Notes: generated by a model not told the origin, from the letters alone. Shown: positions 1-9,023, counted from the stretch's first letter. The stretch: 64,000 nt of DNA from a bacterium (GCA_021789695.1 JAJYJH010000009.1:1750-65749); one strand, 5' to 3'. A program made the numbers and translations.

Positions 1-1
1 A

Positions 2-625
2 ACGCTCACCGACCCGCTGCGCGTCACCAAGGCCTGCCGCGACGGCAAGTTCTTCGGCTACGCGGCCAGCGGAACGCCGGCCGACTGCGTTAAACTAGGC
101 ATAAAGGCGATAATGAAGAAACGGCCGGACCTGGTGGTGTCTGGCATAAACCTGGGCGGCAACCAGGCCTACAACATACTTTATTCCGGCACCGTCTCCG
201 GAGCCACGGAAGGGGCGCTGCTGGGCATCCCTTCCATGGCGGTCTCGCTGGACACTTTCGTCAAGCCTGACTTCCGCCCGGCGGCGGCCTTCGCCCTGGA
301 ACTGGCCGGCCGCGTAAAGAGGAAGGGGCTGCCCGCCGGGACTCTGCTGAACGTCAACCTACCGAACCTGCCGGAGAAAAAACTCAGGGGCGTGCGCGTC
401 ACCACGCAGAGCCGCACCAGCTTCAACGACTGGTTCGACAAACGCACAGACCCGCACGGCAACACCTATTACTGGATGACCGGCGACTATAAGCCAAAGG
501 ATCCCGACGAGGCCAGCGACCTGAACGCGCTGCGGGCCGGGTACGTCTCCGTGACACCCATACAGTTCGACCTGACGGACTACAAGTTCATAACCGAGCT
601 GCAAAACTGGGACATAAAGCTCTGA
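2..625 (+). CDS. surE: 5'/3'-nucleotidase SurE (5' end outside window)
   Basis: Frame is open from base 2 (TLTDPLRV...SGTPADCVKLG) into the listed ORF; SurE motifs GTPADCV, SGINLGGN, YSGTVSGA, NVNLP, GYVSVTP. Confidence 0.95.
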   Translation, partial: TLTDPLRVTKACRDGKFFGYAASGTPADCVKLGIKAIMKKRPDLVVSGINLGGNQAYNILYSGTVSGATEGALLGIPSMAVSLDTFVKPDFRPAAAFALELAGRVKRKGLPAGTLLNVNLPNLPEKKLRGVRVTTQSRTSFNDWFDKRTDPHGNTYYWMTGDYKPKDPDEASDLNALRAGYVSVTPIQFDLTDYKFITELQNWDIKL

Positions 626-643
626 CCCCTAAGGGAGGAAGCG

Positions 644-1294
644 ATGCTGAAGATACTGACGACAACGCTGCTTCTGTGCGCCGGAGCCGCGCGCGCGCAG
701 ATACTGCCGTCTCCGGGCGAGCTGCCGCCGGCCGTCTCCACTGCCCCGGCCGCGCCGCAAAACCCGGGGCCCGCCATGGCCGTACTGAACGACACAGTTA
801 AGTATCTCTCCATCCTGGAGGAACTCAGGGCCGAGGTGCCGCCGGAAAAGTGGAACGCCCTTCAACCGGAACTGCAGGACATGACGGCCAAGGTCAAGGA
901 CGCCCTGGGAGAGAAGATAGTGGCAGAAATAGCCGCGCGAGACAAAGCCGAGGAGGACAAGCGCCTTTCGCGCGAGGCGGTGCGCCTGCTGCAGTCTTTC
1001 CGGGCCTCGCTGCAGATTTATTACAGCGAGACGGGCGGCCGTTACCCGGAGACCCCGGCAGACCTGGTCCCCGGAGTCATCCAGGCCGTGCCGGTGCTGC
1101 ACCTGCCGAACCACGCTCCGACGGACAGGATAGTGCTGGTCAAGTCGCGCAAGTACGACAAGGATTTGGAAAAGGCCGTGAGGGACACCGGCGGCTGGCT
1201 CTATTTCGCGGACCCGTCCTCTTCCAACTACGGGCTGCTGCTGCTCGATTGCTCGCACTCCGCCCCGGACGGGACCAAGTTCTACGAGTATTGA
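644..1294 (+). CDS. Secreted hypothetical protein with a pilin/pseudopilin-like C-terminal head domain
   Basis: GGGAGG RBS, Sec-type signal (MLKILTTTLLLCAGAARA), Pro-rich linker; C-terminus FRASLQIYY..GGRYP...DTGGWLY...DCSH resembles GspG-like pilin heads. Confidence 0.6.
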   Translation: MLKILTTTLLLCAGAARAQILPSPGELPPAVSTAPAAPQNPGPAMAVLNDTVKYLSILEELRAEVPPEKWNALQPELQDMTAKVKDALGEKIVAEIAARDKAEEDKRLSREAVRLLQSFRASLQIYYSETGGRYPETPADLVPGVIQAVPVLHLPNHAPTDRIVLVKSRKYDKDLEKAVRDTGGWLYFADPSSSNYGLLLLDCSHSAPDGTKFYEY

Positions 1295-1328
1295 GAAGGG
1301 AAACCGCCGTACGACCGGAGAGGATAGC

Positions 1329-1700
1329 ATGATCCACAAAGAATACGAACTGATAGCCGTGGTCGGCGTGTCCGAGGACGCGTCCAAGTACGGGCACAAG
1401 ATCTTCCGCGACCTGCTCAACACCGGCTACCCGGTGCGCGGCGTGAACCCGAGGGGCGGTTTCGTACTGGGCAGCCAGATCTACCGCAGCGTCTCGGAAA
1501 TGGAGAAAAAACCGGACCTGGTGATAACGGTGGTCCCGCCGCCGGTAACGGAGAAGATAGTGGAGGAATGCAACCGGCTCGGCATAAAGCACGTCTGGAT
1601 GCAGCCCGGCTCCGAATCGCAGAAGGCAGCGGACAAAGCCGCCGAGTACGGCATTAAGGTCACGATAGCCTGCTTCATGGTGCAGAAGGGAGTCTGGTAG
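1329..1700 (+). CDS. CoA-binding protein (YccU-like)
   Basis: IAVVGVSEDASKYG, GYPVRGVNP, PDLVITVVPP, VWMQPG motifs. Confidence 0.9.
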   Translation: MIHKEYELIAVVGVSEDASKYGHKIFRDLLNTGYPVRGVNPRGGFVLGSQIYRSVSEMEKKPDLVITVVPPPVTEKIVEECNRLGIKHVWMQPGSESQKAADKAAEYGIKVTIACFMVQKGVW

Positions 1701-1703
1701 GCC

Positions 1704-2375
1704 GTGTACCCGGAGATACTCGGCAAGAAATACGGCGACTACCTGGCCTTCATACGGCGCGCGATGATAAAGGAACAGATAGAGGCGCGCGGCGTCACTG
1801 ACCCGCGGGTGCTGGCGGCCATGGACAAGGTCTGGCGCCACAACTTCGTACCGGAAGACCTGGTGACGCGCGCCTACGAGGATTACCCGCTGCCGATAGG
1901 CCGGGGCCAGCAGATTCCGCAGGCCTACATAGTGGCACTTATGTGCGGGATGCTGGAGTTGAAAGGGACCGAGAGAGTGCTGGAGATAGGCACTGGCTCC
2001 GGCTACCAGACGGCGGTGCTATCGGAGCTGGCGGCCAAGGTCTTTACTGTCGAGATATTCCAGGACCTGGCTGACGCGGCCAGAGCGAGGTTGGAGAGGC
2101 TGGGGTATTCCGGCGTTGACTGCAAGGCCGGCGACGGCGCGCAGGGGTGGCCGGAGAAAGGTCCTTTCGACGCGATAATAGCGACTTGCGCGGCCCCGGA
2201 GATACCGCCGGCGCTCAAAACCCAGCTGGCCGCCGGCGGCCGCCTGCTGTTCCCCGCTGGTGGGACGGAGCAAAAGTTGCTGCTGTTGCGCAGGACGGAG
2301 CCGGGGTTCGTGGAAGTTACGGGGCCATCGGTCAGCTTCGCCCGGATGCTGGGCGGGGACGCCCGGGGTTCCTGA
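1704..2375 (+). CDS. pcm: Protein-L-isoaspartate O-methyltransferase
   Basis: LPIGRGQQI, VLEIGTGSGYQTAVL, GPFDAIIATCAA; near surE as in the known surE-pcm linkage. Confidence 0.93.
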   Translation: MYPEILGKKYGDYLAFIRRAMIKEQIEARGVTDPRVLAAMDKVWRHNFVPEDLVTRAYEDYPLPIGRGQQIPQAYIVALMCGMLELKGTERVLEIGTGSGYQTAVLSELAAKVFTVEIFQDLADAARARLERLGYSGVDCKAGDGAQGWPEKGPFDAIIATCAAPEIPPALKTQLAAGGRLLFPAGGTEQKLLLLRRTEPGFVEVTGPSVSFARMLGGDARGS

Positions 2376-2399
2376 GTGGCGGTCGGAACGGGGGGATGA

Positions 2400-2552
2400 A
2401 CTCTCTCGCTTTCAAGTCCGCTGGCCATCAAGGCCGCCAACCCGGCGGCCGAGCTATGGATAGTAAAGGGCGCCGGCCACAGCGAATGCCACTCCAAGGC
2501 CTTTTCGGAGTATGAAGGGCCGATTCCCGGTTTTTTCGCCGCCAACCTTTAG
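2400..2552 (+). pseudogene. C-terminal remnant of an alpha/beta-hydrolase
   Basis: Start-less frame TLSLSSPLAIKAANPAAELWIVKGAGHSECHSKAFSEYEGPIPGFFAANL*, bounded by TGA 2397-2399; ELWIVxGAGH is the catalytic-His segment typical of hydrolase C-termini. Confidence 0.55.
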
Positions 2553-2557
2553 CCCGG

Positions 2558-2573
2558 TGTGACTGTTGATACA
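2558..2573. promoter_or_regulatory. Possible Crp-family binding site upstream of the TraF-like gene
   Basis: TGTGA-N6-ATACA versus CRP consensus TGTGA-N6-TCACA; about 40 nt upstream of a TAGAAT -10 at 2613-2618. Confidence 0.3.
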
Positions 2574-2654
2574 TGTAACCGGGGCGCTATGGTAAATTGG
2601 ACCAGGATAGTATAGAATATGCGGTACATTTTGACGCGCTTTTCAGGGAGGCAT

Positions 2655-4220
2655 ATGAAGAAACTACTTACTATTACAGCCGTTGTCCTGGCGGCGGCGG
2701 CGCCGGGAGCGCTGCAGGCCGAGCAGTGGCAGGTGCTGGGCACCAGGCCGATGGGCATGGGAGGCGCTTTCGTCGCAGTGGCGCAGGGTCCCGCGGCCCA
2801 GTACTGGAACCCGGGCGGCCTGGTGAAAAGCAGCGACAATGTCTCCGGCATGGACCTGCACGCCGCGGTCAACGCCGAGTTCACCGGCGGCATAATAAAG
2901 AACGCCAGCGATATAGGCAACATGGCCAACGAGCTCAACGCCATCCAGAGCGCGCAGAGTTCTGGCGGTTCCATAACCCCGCAGCAGGCTGGCGACTTCG
3001 TCAAGACGATGTCGCTCCTCGCGGACATGAACAAGCCCGGCAAGGGAGCACTGGTAGAGGCCGACGGCGGAGTGAACTTCAAGTTCTCCAAGGTCGCCCT
3101 CTCTGTAAACAACTTCACCGCAGTGGGGATGAATCCGTTCATCGACACACAGAATCTGAACCTGGGCAATGGCGGCACCAGCGTCACCAGCATAAATTTC
3201 CCAGGCGGATCGACCGCTACACCCGGCGACACCACTTACCAGGCAGCAGCCACCTCGCTTACGAACGCGTTGAACACGTTAAATGCTTCGAACGAACTTC
3301 CGCAACTCCTTTGCGGTTCTGGCGGCTGCGGCATCGGCATTACGACCAACCAAGATCTGGCCAATGCGCTAGCCAATTACGCGTATAGCAAAGGCATACC
3401 AGCCAGTCAGATCACCGATGCGGCCGCTACCATCACACAATACTCCGGCAGCGCGGCGCCGGTTGTGTCCGGAGCTCTCACCGGCGGCAGCTATACCAAC
3501 AACACCTCCAACCTGACGCTGGACGCGGCCTCGTTCACCGAGATAGCTGCGGGCTACGCCTGGACGGCGAACAAGTGGCTCTCGGGCCTCTCCATCGGCG
3601 GCAACCTGAAGGCGATAAACGGCCGCATGGCCACCACCACCTTCCAGTTCATGAACAACTCCAACACCGGCGACGCGTTCAAGAATATGCTCAAGGACGC
3701 CAAGTCCAGCTGGGCCCCGGCCGTGGACCTGGGCGCGCTCTGGGACGTGAACCAAAAGTATCCCAAACTGCCCCTGCATCCGAGGCTCGGCCTGGTGGTG
3801 CGCAACGTCAACAGTCCCAAGTTCGATATGCCAAGCACGGTCGGCGGCAAATACAAGCTGGACAGGCAGGCGCGCATAGGCTTGGCTCTTAACCCCGCGC
3901 ACTTCTGGACCATAGCGGCGGACATGGACCTCACCAAGAACAAGACCGAGGTGGACGGCTACGACTCCAGGCAGCTCGCGTTGGGTACGGAGATAAACGT
4001 GATCAACCGCAAAGCCTTCAACATCCCGCTGCGCGCGGGCATCATGAAGAACCTGGCCGAGAGCAGCTCCAAACTGGCCTACACTCTGGGCACCGGCCTG
4101 AACCTGCTGTATATGCACTTCGACGTGTCGGGCGTGATAAGCAGCCAGAAGACCACGCTGGACAACAGCAGCATCCCCACCAAGGTGGGTGTGGCGGCCA
4201 GCTTTGGCCTGCTGTTCTAG
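2655..4220 (+). CDS. TraF-like (FadL-superfamily-type) outer-membrane beta-barrel protein
   Basis: AGGGAGG RBS before ATG 2655; signal peptide; GTRPMGMGGAFVAVA...YWNPGGL motif; amphipathic strands; ends ...ASFGLLF. Confidence 0.75.
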   Translation: MKKLLTITAVVLAAAAPGALQAEQWQVLGTRPMGMGGAFVAVAQGPAAQYWNPGGLVKSSDNVSGMDLHAAVNAEFTGGIIKNASDIGNMANELNAIQSAQSSGGSITPQQAGDFVKTMSLLADMNKPGKGALVEADGGVNFKFSKVALSVNNFTAVGMNPFIDTQNLNLGNGGTSVTSINFPGGSTATPGDTTYQAAATSLTNALNTLNASNELPQLLCGSGGCGIGITTNQDLANALANYAYSKGIPASQITDAAATITQYSGSAAPVVSGALTGGSYTNNTSNLTLDAASFTEIAAGYAWTANKWLSGLSIGGNLKAINGRMATTTFQFMNNSNTGDAFKNMLKDAKSSWAPAVDLGALWDVNQKYPKLPLHPRLGLVVRNVNSPKFDMPSTVGGKYKLDRQARIGLALNPAHFWTIAADMDLTKNKTEVDGYDSRQLALGTEINVINRKAFNIPLRAGIMKNLAESSSKLAYTLGTGLNLLYMHFDVSGVISSQKTTLDNSSIPTKVGVAASFGLLF

Positions 4221-4239
4221 CCGTAACCGCCGTCCCGGG

Positions 4240-4272
4240 AAAGTCCCCGCCTAGCGGCGGGGACTTTTTTTT
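4240..4272 (+). terminator. Rho-independent terminator
   Basis: AAAGTCCCCGCC-TAGC-GGCGGGGACTTT followed by a T run. Confidence 0.9.
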
Positions 4273-4281
4273 GTTCTTTTG

Positions 4282-4287
4282 TATAAT
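4282..4287 (+). promoter_or_regulatory. -10 element (TATAAT) of the two-component operon
   Basis: Perfect TATAAT 12 nt before ATG 4300; no Shine-Dalgarno between them. Confidence 0.55.
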
Positions 4288-4299
4288 CATAGCGAACCT

Positions 4300-4974
4300 A
4301 TGCGAGTCCTCATAGTTGAAGACGACAGGAAGATATCCTCGTTCATAGCCGACGGGTTGAAGCAGGCGGGGTTTGCGACGGACAGGGCTTTCGACGGCGA
4401 GAGCGGCCTGGCCGCGGCCTTGGCCGCCCCCTATTCCGCGGTGGTCCTGGACCTGATGCTCCCAAGGCTGGACGGCTTCACCGTGGTGGCGCGCCTCAGG
4501 GCGGCAGGCGCGCTCACGCCGGTGATAATGCTGAGCGCCAGGAACTCGGTGGACGACCGCGTGCGCGGCTTGCGTTCCGGGGGGGACGACTACCTCACCA
4601 AGCCCTTCTCCTTCTCGGAGCTGCTGGCCAGGGTGGAGGCTCTCATCCGGCGTTCTTCGCGCCAGGCGGAAAAAGCCAGCCTGGAATACGGCGACCTGCG
4701 CATGGACCTTTTAACGCGGGAAGTGCGGCGCGAGGGCCGGAAGCTGGACCTGCAGCCCAAGGAATTCGCGCTGCTGGAATACCTGCTGCGCAACGCGGAG
4801 CGGCCGCTCTCAAAGACGATGATCCTCGAGAACATATGGGGCTATGATTTTGATCCGCAGACCAACGTGGTGGACGTGCTGGTCTGCCGCCTGCGCGACA
4901 AACTGGACAAACCTTTCAAGGAAGGTCTGCTGCAGACCATACGCGGCGTGGGATATGTTCTCAAAAGGCCTTGA
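4300..4974 (+). CDS. OmpR-family response regulator (CusR/CzcR-like)
   Basis: MRVLIVEDD, VVLDLMLP, DDYLTKPF, winged-helix TNVVDVLVCRLRDKLD...TIRGVGY. Confidence 0.95.
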   Translation: MRVLIVEDDRKISSFIADGLKQAGFATDRAFDGESGLAAALAAPYSAVVLDLMLPRLDGFTVVARLRAAGALTPVIMLSARNSVDDRVRGLRSGGDDYLTKPFSFSELLARVEALIRRSSRQAEKASLEYGDLRMDLLTREVRREGRKLDLQPKEFALLEYLLRNAERPLSKTMILENIWGYDFDPQTNVVDVLVCRLRDKLDKPFKEGLLQTIRGVGYVLKRP

Positions 4975-6358
4975 ACTCCTAAAGCGGACGGCGCGAACTG
5001 CCGGCTTCCGCCTGGGGGCCTGGCACCTGGCCGTCTTCCTGGCCGGCAACCTCTTAGTGCTGGGGTTGGCCTACTTCATGCTTTCCGCCTCCCTCCAGAG
5101 CAAGGAAAGGACCGAGATACTGGACGAGTTGCAAGAGCTGGGCGCCAAATACAAGGAAGGCGGCATATCCAGCCTGCGCGACGAAGCCAGGCAGGATGCC
5201 GTCGGCGGGGGGAACTGGTTCTTTGTACGCTTCACCGATCCGGAGGGGAACTCAGCCGACATCTCGACGCTGAAAGGCGGGATGGCATACGACACCGGCG
5301 GCATCGGACGGCCGGCCATCTCCGGGACGACGAGGTGGGATTCGCTCCCGTCCCGGAGCGGCGACGAGGACCGCCTGGAGGTGGCGACCAGGCAGTTCCA
5401 CGACGGCTCCATACTTTCCGTAGGCCGGGACACCTCCGGCAGGGAGGCTTTCCTTGAGCGCTTCAGCCATACCTCCATAGCCATACTTTTTCCAGCCGCC
5501 CTGCTCGGCCTTCTGGCCAGCGTCTTCCTTACGCGCGAAGCGTTGAGCCCGCTGCGGCACCTGGCGGACACGGTGCGGGAAATAGAGTCCGGCAATCTGG
5601 ACTCCCGCGTATGCCTGCGCGACACCGGCGACGAGCTGGACGACCTGGGCCGCCTTTTCAACCTGATGCTTGAGCGCATCTCGCTGCTGGTGTCGGGCAT
5701 GCGCGACGCGCTGGACAACGTGGCGCACGACCTGCGCACGCCGTTGACCCGCCTGCGCGCCATGGCCGAGGACGGTCTGCGCCCGGAGAAAACCCCGCAG
5801 GAGCGCGGCGAGGCGCTTTCGGACTGCCTGGAGGAGTCAGAGCGGGTACTGCAGCTGCTCAACGCGCTGATAGACATTTCCGAGGCGGAGACAGGCACGA
5901 TGAAGCTACGCCTGGAGCGGCACAACCTGGCCGCCATAACCGCCAAGGTCACCAACGTCTACTCCTACCTGGCGGAAGCCAAAAAGATCAGGTTCTCAAG
6001 TTCCGGGGCGGACGAGATAACGTTGCTCTGCGACCGCGACCGCTTCAGCCAGGCTGTGGCCAACCTGCTGGACAACGCCGTCAAATATACCCCGCCCGGA
6101 GGAGAGGTGCGGCTGGAGACCGGCCTGGACGGAGAGGGCCCCTTCGTCATGGTGAGCGACACCGGCCCCGGCATACCTGAGGCCGAACTGCCGCGCATCT
6201 GGGAACGCCTTTACCGCGGTGATTCCAGCCGCTCCGAGAAAGGCATGGGCCTGGGCCTGAGCCTGGTGCGCGCCGTGATGAAGGCCCACGGCGGGCGCGT
6301 AGAGGTCTCATCTTCCGCCGGCGGTTCCGTCTTCAAGCTCAGATTCCCTCCCGTCTGA
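4955..6358 (+). CDS. Sensor histidine kinase (CusS/CzcS-like)
   Basis: Two TMs, HAMP (GDELDDLGRLFNLML), H-box AHDLRTPL, N-box NLLDNAVKY, DTGPG and GMGLGL; ATG 4955 overlaps the regulator's 3' end. Confidence 0.95.
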   Translation: MFSKGLELLKRTARTAGFRLGAWHLAVFLAGNLLVLGLAYFMLSASLQSKERTEILDELQELGAKYKEGGISSLRDEARQDAVGGGNWFFVRFTDPEGNSADISTLKGGMAYDTGGIGRPAISGTTRWDSLPSRSGDEDRLEVATRQFHDGSILSVGRDTSGREAFLERFSHTSIAILFPAALLGLLASVFLTREALSPLRHLADTVREIESGNLDSRVCLRDTGDELDDLGRLFNLMLERISLLVSGMRDALDNVAHDLRTPLTRLRAMAEDGLRPEKTPQERGEALSDCLEESERVLQLLNALIDISEAETGTMKLRLERHNLAAITAKVTNVYSYLAEAKKIRFSSSGADEITLLCDRDRFSQAVANLLDNAVKYTPPGGEVRLETGLDGEGPFVMVSDTGPGIPEAELPRIWERLYRGDSSRSEKGMGLGLSLVRAVMKAHGGRVEVSSSAGGSVFKLRFPPV

Positions 6359-6379
6359 GCGCCGGGCAAAGACCCAATC

Positions 6380-6396
6380 CATTACAAAACTGTAAT
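6380..6396. promoter_or_regulatory. CusR/HprR-type response-regulator box
   Basis: C-ATTACA-AAAC-TGTAAT palindrome, about 33 nt upstream of a TATACT -10 at 6429-6434. Confidence 0.7.
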
Positions 6397-6490
6397 CCCG
6401 CTGAAAGACTGGAGCAATGCTCCGGCTTTATACTTGTATAACAAGCTGGGAGCTGCCGCTCCTTAATAGGTATAAAGAATGGGAGGAAAA

Positions 6491-7069
6491 ATGCGCACTT
6501 TGATACTTGCTGCGTCGGTAATACTGGCCGGGAGCTCCGCCTTCTGCCTCGAGAGCGGTGGAACGGTTCCCGAAGCCCAGGCGAAAAAGGCGGCCTTGGA
6601 ACGCGTAAAGGGCGGCGTCATAAGGAGCGCCGAACTCGAAAAGGAATCCGGCAAGGAGATTTGGTCCTTTGATATCAAGGTTGGCGCGGGGATACGCGAG
6701 GTCTGGGTGGACGCCCGTACCGGCGAAGTGATAATGGACAAGACCGAGTCCGCGGCCGACGAGAAGGGTGAAGCCGCAAAGGACAAGGGCGAGCGGAAAG
6801 CGAAAGAGAAGAAGGCGAAGCCAGCGGCCAGGATCACCAAGGAACAGGCCACAAAAACGGTTCTGGAGCGGGCCAAAGGCGCCGTGGTAAAAGAAGCGGA
6901 ACTGGAGAGGGAGAAGGGCAGGCTGGTCTGGTCCTTCGACCTGGAGGACGCCGGAAAGATAAGGGAGATACAGGTGAGCGCGATTACAGGAAAAATAGTG
7001 GAGGACGGAATAGAATCTCCCTCCGCAGAGAAGGCCGAGGCGCGCGCCGACGCCCCCGCAGCCAAGTAG
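6491..7069 (+). CDS. Secreted tandem PepSY-domain protein
   Basis: GGGAGG RBS, signal peptide, two repeats (AELEKE..KEIWSFDI...VDARTGEV; AELERE..RLVWSFDL...VSAITGKI) joined by a K/E/A-rich linker. Confidence 0.88.
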   Translation: MRTLILAASVILAGSSAFCLESGGTVPEAQAKKAALERVKGGVIRSAELEKESGKEIWSFDIKVGAGIREVWVDARTGEVIMDKTESAADEKGEAAKDKGERKAKEKKAKPAARITKEQATKTVLERAKGAVVKEAELEREKGRLVWSFDLEDAGKIREIQVSAITGKIVEDGIESPSAEKAEARADAPAAK

Positions 7070-7109
7070 CGTAGCCGCGCCGCCGAAGACTGCACCACTG
7101 GAGATATTG

Positions 7110-8072
7110 ATGCTTAAGAAAAAATCACTAGGCGCCGCGAAAACGGCCGCCGCTCTGTTCCTGTCGCTCCCGGTCCTGCTGCCGGCGCTCTCTTCCCGGG
7201 CGCCGGCGGCGGACTGGATTCTGCCGGCCGGCGCCGGCGCCGCGGCCACGCCGCCGGCGTCCGTCCCGAAGGCCGCCGGGCCTGCCAGAACGGGAGGGAA
7301 TGCCCCGTCGTTTAAAAAGGTGATGATCATCATCTTCGAGAATACCTCCTACCAGGAAGCTGCGTCCCAGCCGTTCTTTTCCTCCTTCGCCGGGCAGGGC
7401 GCGCTGCTCACCGACTTCGACGCCGAGACGCATCCGTCGCAGGGCAATTACATAGCGCTGGTTTCCGGCGACTATCAGGGCGTCACCACAGACAAGCCGG
7501 TCAATCTGGGCGGACGGCAGATAGGCGACCTGCTGGAAGCCCGCGGCCTGACCTGGAAGGTCTATGCGCAGGGCTATCCCGGCGGGTGCTTCCTCGGCGC
7601 CAGGTCAGGCAACTACGTGCGCAAGCACGTGCCTTTCCTCAGCTTCACCGAGGTCCAGAGCAACCCCGGCGAATGCGCCAATATCACGGACGACTCCGGC
7701 TTAAAGGATGACATAGCCTCCGGCCGCCTGCCGGATTTTTCGCTCTTCATACCGGACATCAAAAACGACGGGCACGACACCGGAGCGGCCTACGCCGACA
7801 ACTGGCTGTCCTCCTATTTCGGCCCGCTGATGAAAGACCCGGCCTTCATGAAGGATATGCTGCTGGTTGTCACCTTCGACGAGGACGACAAGTCCACCGC
7901 CGCGAACCGCATTTTCACGGCGCTTTACGGCCCTTCCGTGGCGCAGGGCAGCGTTTCCGACGCGCATTATACACACTACAGCCTGCTGCGCACCATAGAG
8001 GACGCCTACGGGCTGGGGGATCTGGGACGCAACGACGCCTCGGCCCAGCCGATCACCGGGATCTGGAAATAA
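7110..8072 (+). CDS. Secreted acid phosphatase, phosphoesterase family (SapM-like)
   Basis: Signal peptide; IIFENTSY, THPSQGNYIALVSG, YVRKHVPF, NDGHD, VTFDE, HYSLLRTIE. Confidence 0.85.
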   Translation: MLKKKSLGAAKTAAALFLSLPVLLPALSSRAPAADWILPAGAGAAATPPASVPKAAGPARTGGNAPSFKKVMIIIFENTSYQEAASQPFFSSFAGQGALLTDFDAETHPSQGNYIALVSGDYQGVTTDKPVNLGGRQIGDLLEARGLTWKVYAQGYPGGCFLGARSGNYVRKHVPFLSFTEVQSNPGECANITDDSGLKDDIASGRLPDFSLFIPDIKNDGHDTGAAYADNWLSSYFGPLMKDPAFMKDMLLVVTFDEDDKSTAANRIFTALYGPSVAQGSVSDAHYTHYSLLRTIEDAYGLGDLGRNDASAQPITGIWK

Positions 8073-8147
8073 CGCTCCAGGCCCGGCGGCGGCGACGGGC
8101 GGCGAAGCGGACTTTCTTCCCTCGATAATGCTTTAATATATATCGGG

Positions 8148-9023
8148 ATGATACACACCATAAACTGCCTCTCTACTGTAAGGCGGCTCTGCCGCCTTGC
8201 TTTGCCCGCGGCTTTCGCCGCGCTGCTGCTAGCGCTGGACGCAGGCCCGGCCTTCTGCTGGGAACGGCCGGCCCCGGACCCGCTGGGCTACGTTTCTGAC
8301 TTCTGGGGAGATATCAAGGAGCTTCCGACCAAGCCGTTGCACTGGTCCAGGAACCAGTGGCTGCTGGCCGGGGGAGTGACCGGAGCTACCGGCGTGTCGC
8401 TTTTCTTCGACGGACACATCGACGATTACTTCAGCAGCCACAGATCGGAGGACTTGAAGGATATCAGCAACGCACTGAACGACATGGGGGATTCCCGCTA
8501 CCAGGTTCCCTATGTGGCAGGGATGTGGACCGGAGGCTACGTCCTGGGCAGCATGAAGATGCGCAAAATAGCCGCCGACACCATGGAGGCGAGCGTCATC
8601 GCCGGCCTGCTGATAAACCCAGTCTTGAACTACCTGAGCGGCCGCAAACTGCCGGTAATGGGGGAGCCGGCGGACAAGTTCAGACCGTTCACGTGGCGAC
8701 GCTACTCCTTCCCGTCCGGGCACGCGGCGGCGGCCTTTGCGATGGCCTCCGTGCTGGACGTGGACCTGCGCGACACCTTTGGGTACTGGCACCTGCCGGT
8801 GGTCTACGGCGCCGCGCTCTGCGTAGCCGAGTCGCGCCTCTACAACAGGGCACATTATCTCTCCGACGTGATAGCCGGCAGCGCCATAGGCTGGGCCGTA
8901 GGCACATGGGTAGCCTCCAAGGACAGGACCGGAGCCCCGGCGCCGAAGAAACAGGAAAAGCCGGGCCCGTCCCTGAGCCTGATCCCCTCCATGAACGGGC
9001 TCTACGCGTCGCTCAGTTTCTGA
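8148..9023 (+). CDS. PAP2-family phosphatase (motif 1 degenerate)
   Basis: SFPSGH and SRLYNRAHYLSD intact; motif 1 reads NYLSGRKLP instead of K-x6-RP; start codon uncertain. Confidence 0.85.
   Translation: MIHTINCLSTVRRLCRLALPAAFAALLLALDAGPAFCWERPAPDPLGYVSDFWGDIKELPTKPLHWSRNQWLLAGGVTGATGVSLFFDGHIDDYFSSHRSEDLKDISNALNDMGDSRYQVPYVAGMWTGGYVLGSMKMRKIAADTMEASVIAGLLINPVLNYLSGRKLPVMGEPADKFRPFTWRRYSFPSGHAAAAFAMASVLDVDLRDTFGYWHLPVVYGAALCVAESRLYNRAHYLSDVIAGSAIGWAVGTWVASKDRTGAPAPKKQEKPGPSLSLIPSMNGLYASLSF

Noticed and set aside
2566-2579. Shared 14-mer TTGATACAnnTAAC here and at 55591-55604 as a common FNR-type operator
   Set aside because: The second half does not match ATCAA, and the 55591 copy is explained by an extended -10 element; two instances are insufficient.
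2655-4220. TraF-like gene as evidence for a conjugative element
   Set aside because: No relaxase, VirB4, coupling protein, integrase or att repeats; flanked by housekeeping and regulatory genes.
4844-4954. Upstream extension of the histidine kinase; similar extensions on rnhB, rpsP, fmt, EIIA and the 37398 gene
   Set aside because: They overlap neighbouring genes out of frame; internal starts fit the family N-termini better.
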